DNA of 64,000 bases from Candidatus Omnitrophota bacterium (GCA_013203315.1 JABMQJ010000026.1:32001-96000); one strand, 5' to 3'. Counted from the first letter of the stretch, positions 61,701 to 64,000 are shown. Translations and numbers: made by a program. Notes: generated by a model not told the origin, from the sequence alone.

Positions 61701-64000
61701 GTTGAACTGGCGGAAGAAACAGATCCTGCACTTTTGGCGCATATGAGTACAGTTATGGAGAAGGCTAAGCAGAACGCGGAAGAAGATGCAGCTCTTGTTG
61801 GTGTGGCTGCGATGATTGTTGATGCAGACGGGAACGAAGTAGTTATAGGGGCCCAGTCAGAGTCAGCACTTCCCTCAAAACGATTTGATCATGCTGAAAT
61901 CAATACACTTATCGCAAGCCGTAACGCCGGCACAGATTTATCCGATTGCACCTTACTTGTTTCCCTTGAACCATGCGACGGGTGCGCAAAGGCAATAATT
62001 AATAGCGGTATCAAAAAAGTAGTAATAGCGACATTGGAGCCGAGCCAATGGATATTAGGAGAGGGCGCTCGCGCACTATTATTGGCAGGCATAGAAGTAG
62101 TTATCGCATCTAAACCGGTTCAAAGAGACGCTTTGGAACATTTTACTGAAAGAATGCATGTATTAGGAAGAGAAGGAGAACTTGCTATTTCAGTTGAAGA
62201 AGCTATGCAAGTTAATGATCAACCGATTTCACTATGGAAATCAACAGGTGTGGAAGACTTAAAAGCATTGGCGAGGCAGTCACTCGATAATCAGACAGTT
62301 GATACCCACAACGATAGACATGATATATATGAGTTCGATAGACTAGTAGCGCACATTTTAAGAGACAGTTTGCAGCTTGATAGAGATAGATTACCGCAAA
62401 TAGTTACGATTAACGCAAATTCCTTTGATAACTCTCTGGGATTAGAAGAAGTTTACGCAGAAAGAAATGTAAAAAATCAAATACTATGGACAGAACAAAC
62501 TTATGACCCATCAAGGCCACATTCTATTATACTTGCCGGAACAGATGAAAATTGTCTTAATATCTTATCCCAAATCGAACGCCAAAATCTAGCACCCCTT
62601 GGGCATGTATTTATCATGAGAGGTTTCAAACCCGGCCAGCCGGTTACGCTTACAAGCGCTGCCGACTTCAAAGCGCGACAACTTGCAGAGCAACCACCGC
62701 TTCGCGCACCGCCGCTACCGGCAATACCACACGTGCTGCTCGAGGCCCACCGTGGGCTGATAGAAGGCACGAGCGCCGAGGAAAATACGGCTCTTGCACT
62801 ACAACAAGCTGCAAACGACCCAAGAACAAATGCGATAGAGTTCGATGTGCAGCGCTCAAGAACCGGAGAACTCGTGATTGCTCACAGAGGCGGCGCTATC
62901 CAAGATGCTGATGGCAACACCAGAAATATTGCTGATCTCTCGCCAGAAGAAATCCACGCTATTGACCCAAGCATTCCGATACTTAGAGACGCACTCGATA
63001 CTATCCTGATTCCATCCGGAAAAATTTTATTTATAGACATGAAGGATTTCAACTTGGAAGGCGACCAAATAAACGATTTCGTGAACCAAGTAGTGGAATT
63101 AATTCGAGATCGTCAAATCACTAACCATGTAAATATAGGTTCCTTCAATATAGATATTTTACGAAGAATACGGGCAAGGCTCCCTGCGGTTAGAATAAAT
63201 TACTTCGGTGATAGTGAAAGAGAGCACCCTACGCCGACTCCAAGCACAATGGATCAAGATATCCAAAACGCCCGCGAACTTGGCGCAGTATATTTTTCAA
63301 TAGCAACCGATGATTTTACAGGTGAAGGTGAGCTTGATGAAGCTATCGACAAGGTGCACGCAAGCGGCCTTTCCTCTGATCTGTATTTTAGAGAAGGGGT
63401 CCCTGCCGGGTTCGAGAACGAAATAGCCACTTTACAAGAAAGAGGGCTCGGTATTGTCAGCACAACTGATAGCGGTACCCTCGCAGAATTTACGCAGCCC
63501 ACACTCCAAACAGAAGGAAATGTATTGAGTATACATCCTGATGCAATCCTTGGCATGTATCGTGGATTCTTCATAGGCCATGTCAGGAGATTTACAGGTA
63601 TTGCCGGTATATTAGGCCGGGAGCTTAATCTTACTGAGGCACAACAGGCGCTGTTGGAGCAGGCCTCACGGCTTCATAATCTTGGTGAAGATGTAAGGGG
63701 CGCGTACGAAGCAGAATTTTTTGATTTGTCCAGTCAAGTGCGTAACGAGTTTAAAGAAGATGGAAAGCCGGGAGTTTCCATAAGGAGGGCAGTCGATCTT
63801 CTTATTTCGCGTGAGATGTCCCAGGATCCTGAAACTCAAGATCAGGAACTTGTATCGCTAGACGCAGATACCAGATATCGATTATTCAGAGCAGGCTTAT
63901 TAAAGATTTTGAATAAAGAAGAGTTAACCAATGTAGAAACGGAACTATCGCATTCATTGTGCAATGCCGCGGAGAATAGACTCAGAATGTTCGGTGAAAG
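28779..64000 (+). CDS. Giant multidomain membrane protein, >=11,740 aa, 3'-truncated by window edge
   Basis: SD AAGGAG, then GTG 28779/ATG 28782. I found no stop in this frame on manual translation, and it is still open at 64000 (..NAAENRLRMFGE). The ORF track lists no plus-strand ORF in this frame after 28779, as expected if no stop occurs. Many in-frame domain motifs are recognisable. Confidence 0.95.
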   Translation, partial: MMNAWRPWQSWRVWQERKLNKRESNYNNIDANGLSGGGVSSDDSMEGMAVWTKRHALLIKTLAWVLVFAFIVYDITWAQGGEPLSLGAKASAVKVNGRVHEEGIRIPRDAGWAHESHINGSDEFIFNIQDPHASLDAQHSIVRILESLSSNYDLNLIALEGAEGPIDISFLRTFPDAEIRKHAAEYLMREGRMSAGEFFAIVSEKPIKLYGIENSRLYLENVEVFTKFMESRQGCIDHVKGALKALEKFAPKVYSKDLQKLLKASRLHEEDKLAFVKYWEVITKIAEERNVELGDFAGLPQLLAAIEIEKEIDTKELNKERKQLLDELTNTLTKPELEDLVKTSLDYKTGKVSQSQFHKYVMRLALDKGLFLQQYSNLATFSRYIAAYEDINFMQLFLEIEQVEARLREILFLSDEERELYNFTKAVRTTKKLFDIAVGNSDYEFILESKKYFNTDNLREFINKTYKKYALINEDEYDVNRVFEKLSDGTELYNVAQKRNNAMISNTLRAMRINKEYAAALITGGFHSKGLAELIRKKELSYLIVMPKYEGENKRPYIAVLTQKRQPYEELLETGEYMLAVRAFCWDSDPRNMARVIMPIAILAERGPLSFEDLVTQHYEQFLPVFEYYQKAREQWGGDGLRTPVAEKDFCAIYGAEADASGKPIRGEDGKIQIKTKPVVVRTSVANTPVFVVRLKINGESFVGCFAEKDGNFEYLSLDSSMAKKAIRSATRKTRRLASERKEITAAVARDVSIDGAEGILEGLGSLYIEESALNTDQIAERDKALELIGAAASRLNGQEVTVNRAVRAFAGAAGAAGYRIDRKKIGEDLQNVIAAEIKKKLTPEAAVIPDLDNRLSEKIERSLKEHPEQRNPESLASLKQKLLELYKKISSSKDILGNPEKQEKLAALIEYTFDKLLDQDVDDLKLPYTPHGAKHSLDVANYMESLVENTPGLKERLEDLYGENYKEIVFLLGLLHDIGYAGLEGAKKQFGKDKVEKGYHADLGAAMARDDLSAILRELFGMERDGSREDKSALDDFIDAILLHGADKRSVEEEGPEGSGEHKHTPASETNNPLLMLVRLADNLDVSRDRLRGWQKNPWFMRILYHMANDQVLQDISERKDLTKDQRENLINERLKYLRAEELKKLKKRKKLAQRVRESGDTEAMEEFCNEFQIDPQTDQEMIMQLLEQLTKPGSEQEFKRIEEMIGKMDNEAFKHFIGALAIRELILSVDEEGNLAIKAIVTDRADNPIWREAAEFQINGKGRTNNALESLSINGRTVRVQISYGKKQLELPMPGDLGKPVGALASVAALAIDVMEAQSVLAVPGAEVHVEDVTLPAATSVVDVTPPAATSVVDTTQIQPQIELDEAKKVSPYLARVLPTLSPEILSQKTGIKAEVVDLAGTLLGIRDYLLMKEEGKELVMAWILEDNERKQKMMEKAGEDYKGDGYDLVLQVAEKRFVDGKREKESDRAAARRVALGMVAQIIAYYGKENIAAPGVEKITAKALQGKINNAFTRRDRARREQLLVEHGIDIAESNAQLLVTTNTIDLEGRIGILGRFGVTVTADLLLCSEKLLETNIPIIIGHDIKPEDITADHVHNFQDTLRTEREEDVRHIASLGADEENAGAQATARHEAVQAKIDRVDREREALVRNLISARQKKHNTRMKAEGQNPIEGTYEDIAFRRDALGKEIFGKLSSLKEELAQNIPEDDAITAIKQELEELKTRVIELDKRRRERKGISRILNLVTRMIIGRRVRRIARLEFELNERIPQAALMIQKIDLYEAGLLQAEPQDIGMLRNEIENALSRNDAKDFKKLVREYLTKTRVLNDIDNELDKFESDRENQVAHEERFYMYCPQSVRDYIEVRRSEIAELKAKIDALDAKIESGRTVKGFRRILRGRRFGILTLLTRVRKLFHKLQLNRLEAQSTPEAIIARLSEAARRHLAFQTNEWSRFNGFLGGLADINTLVKGGIPVIADMAVRLVSRERQKPLTPEERKELEDKIDERVREQLGIEITDDEIKIDGNGKIQSEIALFFGRNLNLKPGAQQPSFLRDFVFLTAVKSGKFRIKDKDGNVKEVNLSKRYEALTGEEKQAFDSELAEICRGAEDDLVKLAIHDFLIPWAGERQPNIVATLSAKSEELMKSLEARNEAIIDLFEKNLLVTDKEMIIQMEAPSIPWRDLGRVAATIAGISLVGGIIAATGGCGASPVLNQPAVEQAAQQAAQQVAEVPQEPALPPAEPTKATVPTPAKQPEKRVTKPKAKTPKAEVAEEPEVEKPKVSEGLDALDVLLPQVPGEGEWLDKLVPEVEPGAAIPRARVPEMVELSVRDFHESLYGFPRDQADGLKDTHLTRDDLKNIFSRLSGSVGHNQSWEGALSQTTIHMNGVLRWLRDNNIKPEQIPMLWSRIPRTMLTGDQAHTIDQLSPGFLEVLGLAMSFYANDIASPANIEERGGRALLAQKRSEILRDLKNYIAGGNIIAKPGSRAARFENIPESRRRLELGWNKFVTNSLGSIDAATMTLSDSKDLRSEQEKLSPALDIILGRPVNLRSKVDRNLLQTLASFAKLNGIKAEDMTLLIKAGMPLGQLVPLFHSSATISEQQRIQANMTQEEISRTHARHNAIALSRARQKHIARLDKANQRFQRRMSTLESQGLTGPRTEYVQRQLADLQSQIDAQQTLLGYWIEADNSKYYFEREIKESTTSPGDIRQEIDGTIAASNSIILLNEHLNNFLSIIKATFENLRPGESLSDILAEGDTAQLARLGREAYAVRANFATMYEVISRVADQYENPLASALYFASQNGKAFPGTYVDENGARKKLAYFVEKDGQRPIIKVIYDNEPEPRRTYVDCEFDEREWRNIEASVKGERDPNPTRDINDPTKPGKLLEKLGPAMEIEEGIEGIPEPVIGLPGGIGDLGVTGEDLLQPATQPKVQTEAEKAEEARLEKVKGEIATNFDLANKALDGATEALNADNLEKADDEIEKAKALYDRLVRYSFRNEPVKPGDLKALKNRISEAETQRKESRIYKRVQKLEKRLSRISITIENIRRNANKFENETDYKRAKDIIDGIFASLKKEFSTGELEYKKQEIDALKVESRLADSFARAFLLFKKAKQDQAKFDAQREEAKRKYEAIKEKITNAPRLQGLPLARGMVHVFLHGNGSPSLARFFNRNKPRHGRFDEGDVIVSDTPVPDHLKGKNVEWYRYKISFLRKEKIPLKSGDPKATHVSVDGKEYSVYGPVYMVLEKIEKGKKTIRVANDTIDLMKLVGTGYTLNDENGNPLFSEAVVKLAKDNDYDAAAIQWNIDLSRQRHEGIRQAKENSEEHVVRLILDSWQAHAENLEIEEAWAEMLRTMSEGTKVELGISIGAYTKSLPFVSVWAGITRIIDKRRDAYVSQGFWKYYVKIQEVKNRQVKRVSRALADLTELGEVRAELTRLKGDETNYKNLLKKERDKKSQRAIRARLASIGAEIAGLQARDSELSEGVLTEMGEKLKIDEIVIDPNRRLRKWQINRILAQYGVDAGTVYPVMRAYYLKKWAEAKQKEAEAGKTPVYTSKSIVSGSASAAGFYGGIFASMDAKFVDKELTPAVADVIKLRQDVNANWTAYNSQQKKKKLEVISKAIDEVIDASNRKIKNLAERKADAEKKYKKGLLTFGQYDEALIKLREAEKEHSAIVTQGSAIQYDLWMLHDGLDRQLGDAVKLKREKGAITASKFMEDVLKTSREIGAGKMADVDVLEHTRRLKEGKDKGVVTIEGVGGFVSTGSDGKGISLGAGASTTLKIDTSREQKLDILADTLLISELRKEATEEDAAINALNALISYRGIKKQTEYATAGKKHYEDYKKGAGTREEKAEAEGYLADAVLNLRGAERWLTSAMREAITLRGGDFANVTDIDDPTVLSGIIAELKVNRYKRELEILDLQKKIIEAMATIIAKGDSFSLALGLAYAVQSDGGSTLQTIGFNIQMESNIFGPFLPLIIGNPEKIDLELAEKLYQEKRAKIQAEAKASDEKIDSLEVRVTIARQAVDSAKKALTEEKEAKKKALRLAELEKAKSNLQSAQTDLELEELQAQAYKGVQRVPREEGISVKEAEKLRLRLAEAKRKADVIDEETGRVEPQEAREREARVSGAVNFRIVLLDPRKPDTSEYDIEALREESREKVEEGLKNYKTLKVQAARYGVELAWLNYLRAIAVKQLNQFKGDLPALKPFDNEETSRMRRFTKFVSELDAKIANIDGKLEETEKQIPYAGDAIGVVYVGDKIAIIVETKPNGKEAIRELKKISEKDRAAVLKEIEDRDPELRRLKALRAQAQKMHEATEPQLGFLPVIDLKGMSGIPITGAQLDLTWTLFDSGLNEANRLLAWIKLVRQDLLIKVEENKKYNSLILALDQLEKKTLRLKKAATARMRYLGYMDENGKFVPGLLTDVIESLDNQNTNLDEVRRIFRESQDAVSENAEAAFESLAAVENFIVSLEVIGVDPAKYLKKPKKLSKPAIEPAQPTTTRPSVAPAVSEYKVPTQKVQDKDIKDEIGILIEASGMSERAAVFAVISAKRFVEMNRNIVNVQGREPWTSKLHFIGMSEYARKIARKMAEDPGFKIPDHLGFRSIYDLSTTMEESGQVNDPKTGIYPGLFNLLGLAHYMQCYEDRFGKEKATAHFNEVIAKIKGPRDEGWEIGIQKRLAELGLGKTEEEMHAGRVALSGIAGRAVGRDLNVHTNLHDMGIAGRFYNFGLLQHLNPGQLDAMVDVMRELRSFLNSIFDNYGDMTNDELSKQQGSYRLRLNSERLKTLTPGTPEYKHVEMLVERARNALIEELELDRLFSAARAILEQSGKVLKNMSKKDIQAILKTTIRSKAWRDSLQDNIIPRMKGEDGKFLSDYENPLFDALNFSDSRGKAYPGKDAKGKRVTYFVERMKIDGKGKLQPVVKIIYAGEQEPHKIYIGHFDKEAWLKGDALPILDLEGNKPTKPVIELGPAIEVEKGIEAVPEPEPGIGPRGAIGLLGEADEVEKKLLSETGRREYVPLSAAGMKGLLAVYQRDEKTGVRGMRIGTVKNLKLNEKGEVIGGDIVEKKSLSETGIREYVPLSIEGMEGFLAVYQHDKETGVRGERIGTVKNPKINEKGEVIGGDIVDRRRTATIGSREYVIARVEDGNDIPESLAYLPGDMKDVVLVYSGYDENQPIGYAESGKISFNEDGTATLSDDVIIMRTARVPFTGELGAVGHLYANGEYYNLRKGEVHGFDGKYTAKLYKIKEFEKERVEIRFTSTSKHPRHDSARESIVLVQDMETGLPIREENVPLVIRDGKQAYVVYGTIHFFNCNEEGRPQYVELRLSDGKFHDGVSTRKAKTIRSMECEYREDGTRVNTRWTYGKGKEWWKNKIFQRGVEAVVAPATRMKGVSVVTLAQVRWKNAWWKTQASFGSGIIKLTEPLSQTDRGWEAWQSEFDVEMQDAGHSTAPMGSAQQAAPHDDNWKDMTKLPPQPRTAITPNSIAGEVYEINKVIEKHHPNLMKRLNQHLSQENWNEFWADICEIHRLNVWPARVHLEGVAHYLDLLLTEIEEEGGDVTLLFSDLELATITFKDRKLRGVLAAGTRGTDPALGEGLDILINVLKIADNLKSREDSILYMSEWEMKALGAETKEGIVTARLRIFLKFLTDYKNGKMTKRDFEYELKIVNNTIHEYAVRHNRDEQRQGIRAIKPLLKKLYPGQERLDEEINVYEASANMLYWFMVMLDLSPKKVEQLMPLLSKLKARLNESLLEYDESFVEILLYIASFRISGPKTYEADRLFRAKLQARLNESLLKYDESYMPTLLNIASFRISGRHTTNRGIARAYEIDRLFWALIALVENTTDTEIADLTTEEIEDMMNKTINNDRWIEYFNMAIDVQIKNDTMPDVFKSAYYASASQRPPAKIARIREDVPTKSDTHYLSITYIPGSEIKESNVKAYTVSEDADGKQEMMKFIIKKDAEGHPIVELFKGGESDPSQVWEGVFDVNEWLVGSELEECITIDGKPGKLLETLEEAEVIEELGEEGVPALPAPEVPGPAVGERGPIGALGATKPAEKVLATTPDGTKKFVQRPDGSVWLVAKGDPNHLEMSRGKTQAWADRKNAPPEPRSDINPETISEEVSGKTESIAATLEKYYPEEMKALSEVITPKQWNEMWAEVCEVHRLTPRGAKEHLERVNYWLNEILKWEENNGVKIDIPEDMYSLLYAIRPLKNEVWPIEKALPGLLRKLTYVDFMASLEKHRLLFDAPVLKLADATVRKDLREVFVRFFKILKDHQKGKHDKSAILRFRREIDDRNAVIVDLALRHNTGEQLTGETAALEKISKLFPEWKLKYGVSQKGFHDSHILFSFYMFMVTQDLSSGKIDELMPLLQALKPFLNDSFGEYKDMELGKLLKTPRGFDLDGVIQVWKTLGEDLKKLWGGEVHKQMLRGLELDRLFEAARLIVEYHSGGKRIKDLSGKEIQEILKQTLGKKGYTGFLARVINIQKKNGLTPDMHKSIDCANTRKTPPQAETVTRKDLPGKLPGGKYYLSTTYESGYRTPEEYTLYKDAEGETKIITFSLRKDGTVRIIYGNDEAASQVWKGKFNKNAWLQGKALKDCITIDGEKGQLLEELGKPEDVEKGIKLEEPAVPTPTPAPGISEQVLGRATQGAKSAVAGTGSPLTNFVMIVGMSAIGVVTDSQQAQEPPAQVAQVAPAKSAQPAKKAATPPAQAKKPTTQKAQTQPAAKLKPAEKANLLMNYSGPDGKDSYGRNAGENFWGHVGISDPIQAEKTRKAFRHMKKLGIDSVRMGLVADGRSLMDENGKVDPQKLNKFMEDVEALLKIAEEQEIQIEIEFSLIDHLIAYKGRIDNGVPIFGRDEVIKDAAGFVKDFLTPFLQKFGKHKAIKGIDIINEPEWIWINTPVTKDKVKQFIRICSKAIRKWAPGKTITVGVNTEYTGEMAALVREGVLDYVAIHHYEDRFRRKKADGTFEKDNFATLERFVKALSVPEAQRVAWAIEESQIREEDIPRVLEIINKYNGKIIGIWGWNDSDKRSLNPATRGPLLNKLQQLRKELPVPPTVTPPMHTVEMTKAVSELDPGKAPNEPVSPLTAPKIVRPSKKDINRVRVRKKKDEDGKISESYRYEKRTRDHEDPRKRKHSKILDIGVGEVERTEIPRAGVDLIYIIQFDPLTTEIVRMELWRGKLKVEDKGKVISYLPEGDLEPMLVEYAEFEYNPDKTVTMRLARRDVLGGEENYIEEYVFKKVKFEDGKINIMVSKTVYDKSLVEKATVITQIDRNEKTGEITEREWIQWQGQELQKSSMTVYASHIDKTGFLVWERQRRRDFGTGAWLETLRKKVKGQKIEIEKGKNKKGAYYDGKGGKSRIYYADGGRWVSMEDGVSAAAEIKKGQKRDKPFDPIKIGYTEAIDIEGKKHVLYEADTEIENNAKFDHKNNTLTLPEEITVDGKDFKIPDAARTYKLPAKLPGDRAIYKFHVKREYDSEKNKVLTTQVEWVVRDEAEKLIYKVTKNLITGETEVYELHPEMKMEITELELEAKPGEHHDQTHKDVSEGTFYDEKGREKGKVYHRMVFDPRYRDKDKWRFLQERGKIVEEKVRDVENNREITVLYSITETIEFKEDGSQVVRKVKVSVDENYKPDGRVREELIVKKDKYGRIKQVDGEPDKFGIRDGLTTQGVKDVGKKTESRFTPQTYKFVPVTKPGQELPGLITDNKGVQKEYVLATTGRDSKGKLVLNFKKTDKRFGYTQVVVPEGARWVTETKEDVIRDEKTGKEITKKQVVFGLYDAHGKPLYQDIATKYGDNGIVHQVLVYNPTDSTMAEYATYRKNWQDKETLMLKKVSQLLRYRNSELIDQWLLLYEESYLKGFVREYTYDMQRALSGAFGGMQPLTSKKWKLNKDGSRGELTEHMAFLYYGPTGQRLIVDMRDRRDDNGNLIDHETPLAAGQAVTGLVTPFAIGEEFETEEWNTKIVERPDGTLWIDTSQGDLLTYRVSANDEFYLTVHLTRNPETGEYTVRNVFKGKPVSEFYSVYGNRRIKEYTELDRRCVTVNSETGRCEVSEETGVVILTNPETGKALDTENPKDIRLLEKNMFLSDSANPDFSYTIPLKGPDFENGYFYLNKKLKGKSIPLLRLRLRRGKTFDDLLRNAQTSVSDKADAELTTIDPRDAVLDAVYASSEGVTYRGTGLTVVFSIMNIGKAIGEGQEINMVPILNEKTGEIDEARGTRFVVRKGSEKILDLDTNLDKVPPSMRKIKTIGGTPASKFTGTIKCRVEEQVHWKKVSVTPENRESLSEEIGEPGKLGLPGAEGPIGAKEITPQPGMKLTDKDTDIIVKKYFDKDDNFLRNKTAFGIGTNKAAKDLVLGALGNLENSDPVFNKNAGSDILDLLYTIARKNNLNQEELRRLIDEKLIPLTDLAVTGFKNLDIQSIEGLTKDDYINLSTNENAMALGVLIYWASNRDEKFNFDEFYDAFNELCTYPEGDKDKQGLKDALLSYFDTRLNLAAAENKVKVDELSEAKRFGIFVDVMSSFANQKVALEEGRLSGERFIEGLGLDELGLEPGETLPPRIMKLFIEAEEKRLQGVPYAEVQEELEEKLSPGIGTPLLDGLKTIWSFVPYVMGLMSALIAALIAIIIRRRLPPRFRPGSLMSQLRPRALLSLGRSLLSLSFRGLRRAGKWIGLPLVLVLLVAGESFGAPVGADQVLTLVDGGPSFFSSLWAAVPSLISWWGVFYAYCAFTIGRGLYRAIISDRSYVDRGTRHFVRPATASRESLTLGSLHQSISDIDATGMTKVEFLAAIEDAMSDQDFNDEFNRIFDRETADILQGEGILENINNNDGVGAKQTLLNEVMWREVGTSISHMQGAMWDIHRTLEPSRTGTTGKNRYVPVYRFSISTFLAFLAGSGLLLANFLKAGATGWSMGYGPGMWIAGGLLLLVAAINGYRFIWDVVMRILDGIPRIGAFARRRRLALEVMENELSALREYYNQLSTQGGYGFSAAQWQEILKFPVHVPFGGVDEAIETYEETISFMEYIEYCRAWVDFLKKNKNYRIFARLAYPPDQQRRDVMPRFYTQGPEYYMAHTPGTNSITTLMPGNENDSPEYDIIGQDQPRNGHRRYTNTTGIPFTRRVPGVGRIRNPYADPIHPFVPFDNMYKYLSHIRNRAREVRNAGGNLALVTEREEVVAHNTVGTIAGRFGPGSEHTSYPGVLWDRHLWHTILFAGMVVPLVMLAFQFRLDLVAMGIAEDLQTMSMGSFSVAAIIAGIIGFLTVVGLLKTHLFGSGYTQRTRRILGVSVVAGLGGVIYAFGRDGLAKIAEFWAPYIPDFLSTLFTQDSVIVKGIMALGSILSPNVLFWGLCVTLVILGVVALVFIFRYFSSAFRSHANEIQDEDISDYVPDRILREALNRAIEDVITENKQANLPEVIRDLRRGRPAGTPLILETDNVQDIYNQVCASYRGLRKAARLRANEALSDWLIYRMRIPHEVSSAGRSTVSVVDIGTVVNDVRRRQHIIDTLRANGYAAQMADLPAAAPVGDDGRTTNRDIIERLSYDEIEHIFNTPAIAEEIFEPVVLADTVFGDDIDGVRQTLESARKSYRGRVYIALAMDDDDPMGGPAAISAAMEPGGALAQYADNIIIYTGSNWGDNLRRSQGKIRMKPALDVETIQYLKKVFGERGVALPAFVELVDQEDKLGALLLNSKAFLRKMYDRTIDDEIAGRRNRRDYDRWGIGYAGLFGQRTKFFITYYWTLLNLTVRSLGATPNEDGSARHRIAFMLEKFKEVYGNWHEFAESEFQARSHPYIIQSELRLVPNKDQTHDYLSHSDYLMWHTQIQVGQTVNKFLFLGGTGNNFRWDMLAGESFNPDGTHCEYLNHRAELQDLLMPLRRSIERDESRVAESYARFPLPLRIIIHLVIHPLRALFDPSVRSTRISSGLLKRNLNTYSIGGTWDSYNIIEDSELGRRLALYGLGATRLTGPFTKVLEDLLPVMGKPWWQQRARWIIMQTFAVVLSHPAAFFMFFGQYVSMGLGWMLLGSAGAILPGLAGAAIGFLVGGFVFYYLGHLVNNILIWTGYKRNAQWQVDPVKALGYWRFQHISHLAAAAPAAIATAIALSISLLYGIALVNVPGLELSGSGVGAFLVEAIRFLGVYIPFINGWLPFWWVGAIVFLTPQVIQVFMGWIATAQHGVQDEESTTAAARIFLTERNYTGNSPNPLIGIPSLDFANVAPASVIGTNRTIAEHYSRFSDDEFVLNCLEMYIANAGDALRVATPGNVNPDSFGWVDLDANWTERGRHLLNLANADDIETYRRALRGAISHARGLQAKVRGDIRFSWGVGIFGGALALCSAFLVSTGFFYPFFGAISITVGLLLVLGTVATQVLSSRPSRGRSSPDAPLGTRPRLSSIGRRPYQGYHYFIRQPLMLVYFMNLLPAMAIGLFMSGFTGDRYQNQSFWPRGRQGLAPPRLGERRTFTGFRRRVLDVIRTFFLSVTLIVGPILIIIQNPAEKMHLDPIVLTQSIVMGLEAEYQRHIRRVGRAPSPKEIYEILNSDKYKHLQYGWILGKITELEKYIAAGEKERAEICLMWVIEGMRVQNDSMTKADETIDLGAKENFEKLSQWFFEFCYRNNCMELYYKVLPMTHRALPNTDWKVDDSNKAKAKVINDKNGEALKLKCEIEGNRGAGAGSITVRTELPQAVDMSDLEYVLSYGVETDDGSKWTRNITVKLIDGNGNEYSNPLIRDLYANSASVRIAPLLKMQREQAKNTGTEGQFFDPTNVTGIVIEIGGNLARDFSGTIELKHSRIQTTPSAATVKDAKDIDVRLLIDMMMKNALPQREQVIRAVDRHVAEMMRKILMLEPFIPTAVVQRPVDEAVTATQPRVAPEVLSPRAKKAAERKIAKGQDIAAARKARAYSARARARRRGIALTLMIPIIAFAGALFSSAPYIMEITGVGSIPLAMLIGLGSMLAFASIAAVISVLFVVAVLTYMHLLLYKTLSKVELAEETDPALLAHMSTVMEKAKQNAEEDAALVGVAAMIVDADGNEVVIGAQSESALPSKRFDHAEINTLIASRNAGTDLSDCTLLVSLEPCDGCAKAIINSGIKKVVIATLEPSQWILGEGARALLLAGIEVVIASKPVQRDALEHFTERMHVLGREGELAISVEEAMQVNDQPISLWKSTGVEDLKALARQSLDNQTVDTHNDRHDIYEFDRLVAHILRDSLQLDRDRLPQIVTINANSFDNSLGLEEVYAERNVKNQILWTEQTYDPSRPHSIILAGTDENCLNILSQIERQNLAPLGHVFIMRGFKPGQPVTLTSAADFKARQLAEQPPLRAPPLPAIPHVLLEAHRGLIEGTSAEENTALALQQAANDPRTNAIEFDVQRSRTGELVIAHRGGAIQDADGNTRNIADLSPEEIHAIDPSIPILRDALDTILIPSGKILFIDMKDFNLEGDQINDFVNQVVELIRDRQITNHVNIGSFNIDILRRIRARLPAVRINYFGDSEREHPTPTPSTMDQDIQNARELGAVYFSIATDDFTGEGELDEAIDKVHASGLSSDLYFREGVPAGFENEIATLQERGLGIVSTTDSGTLAEFTQPTLQTEGNVLSIHPDAILGMYRGFFIGHVRRFTGIAGILGRELNLTEAQQALLEQASRLHNLGEDVRGAYEAEFFDLSSQVRNEFKEDGKPGVSIRRAVDLLISREMSQDPETQDQELVSLDADTRYRLFRAGLLKILNKEELTNVETELSHSLCNAAENRLRMFGE
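29090..30420 (+). other. Giant-protein N-terminal domain with H..E..R..GxxH signature
   Basis: FNIQDPH (H 29172), IALEGA (E 29256), LYGIE, RNNAM (R 30273), LITGGFH (H 30357), SYLIVMP. Confidence 0.55.
31560..32055 (+). other. HD phosphohydrolase domain within giant ORF
   Basis: YTPHGAKHSLDV, LLHDIGY (HD 31707-31712), HADLGA, AILLHG, LVRLADNLDVSRDR. Confidence 0.85.
32778..32843 (+). repeat. 33-bp in-frame tandem repeat x2 (DVT[LP]PAATSVV)
   Basis: gacgttaccctgcctgcagccacgtctgtagta / gacgttaccccgcctgcagctacgtctgttgta. Confidence 0.9.
38730..42195 (+). other. Six tandem TolC/OEP-like half-repeats within giant ORF
   Basis: About 190-aa periodicity of helix / amphipathic beta-hairpin / long helices. 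The clearest copy reads DPELRRLKALRAQA..FLPVIDLKG..GAQLDLTWTLFDSG. YKKG turn motifs occur in copies 2 and 3. Confidence 0.68.
43773..44138 (+). repeat. 183-bp (61-aa) in-frame tandem duplication
   Basis: VEKK.LSETG.REYVPLS..GM.G.LAVYQ.D..TGVRG.RIGTVKN.K.NEKGEVIGGDI starts at 43773 and again at 43956. Confidence 0.95.
45985..46267 (+). repeat. 129-bp-period in-frame duplication
   Basis: ccaagtta.aagcacgcctcaatgagtcattgttg.aatatgatgaatct at 45985 and 46114 (KL.ARLNESLL.YDES..IASFRISG..YE.DRLF). Confidence 0.93.
48963..49900 (+). other. GH5-like (clan GH-A) glycoside hydrolase domain within giant ORF
   Basis: LGIDSVRMGLVADG, IDIINEPEW (acid/base E 49437), ITVG, DYVAIHHY, WAIEE (candidate nucleophile about 49755), IWGWND. 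Confidence 0.85.
57430..60095 (+). other. Processive GT2 polysaccharide synthase domain with flanking TM helices
   Basis: MDDDD, RMKP, VDQED, IIQSEL, LGGTGNNFR, GGTWDSYNIIEDSELGRRLA, WWQQRARW (QxxRW 58707-58721), FWPRGRQG. Confidence 0.88.
60648..61121 (+). other. CBM-like beta-sandwich domain within giant ORF
   Basis: GEALKL, PQAVDMS, VKLIDGNGNEY, FDPTNVTGIVIEI, FSGTIEL. The pattern recalls CBM11/CIA30-type jelly rolls and lies between TM segments. Confidence 0.6.
61740..62105 (+). other. Zn-dependent nucleoside/nucleotide deaminase domain within giant ORF
   Basis: HAE (61890), TLLVSLEPCDGC (PCxxC 61971-61985), AIINSGIKKVV, AGIEV. Confidence 0.9.
62730..63480 (+). other. Glycerophosphodiester phosphodiesterase (GDPD) domain within giant ORF
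   Basis: AHRG (H 62748), EENT, IEFDVQ, LVIAH, IPIL, FIDMK, GSFN. Confidence 0.88.

Noticed and set aside
61740-62500. ribD gene
   Set aside because: It is part of the giant frame, has PCxxC rather than the longer RibD Cys spacing, and no reductase domain is recognisable downstream.
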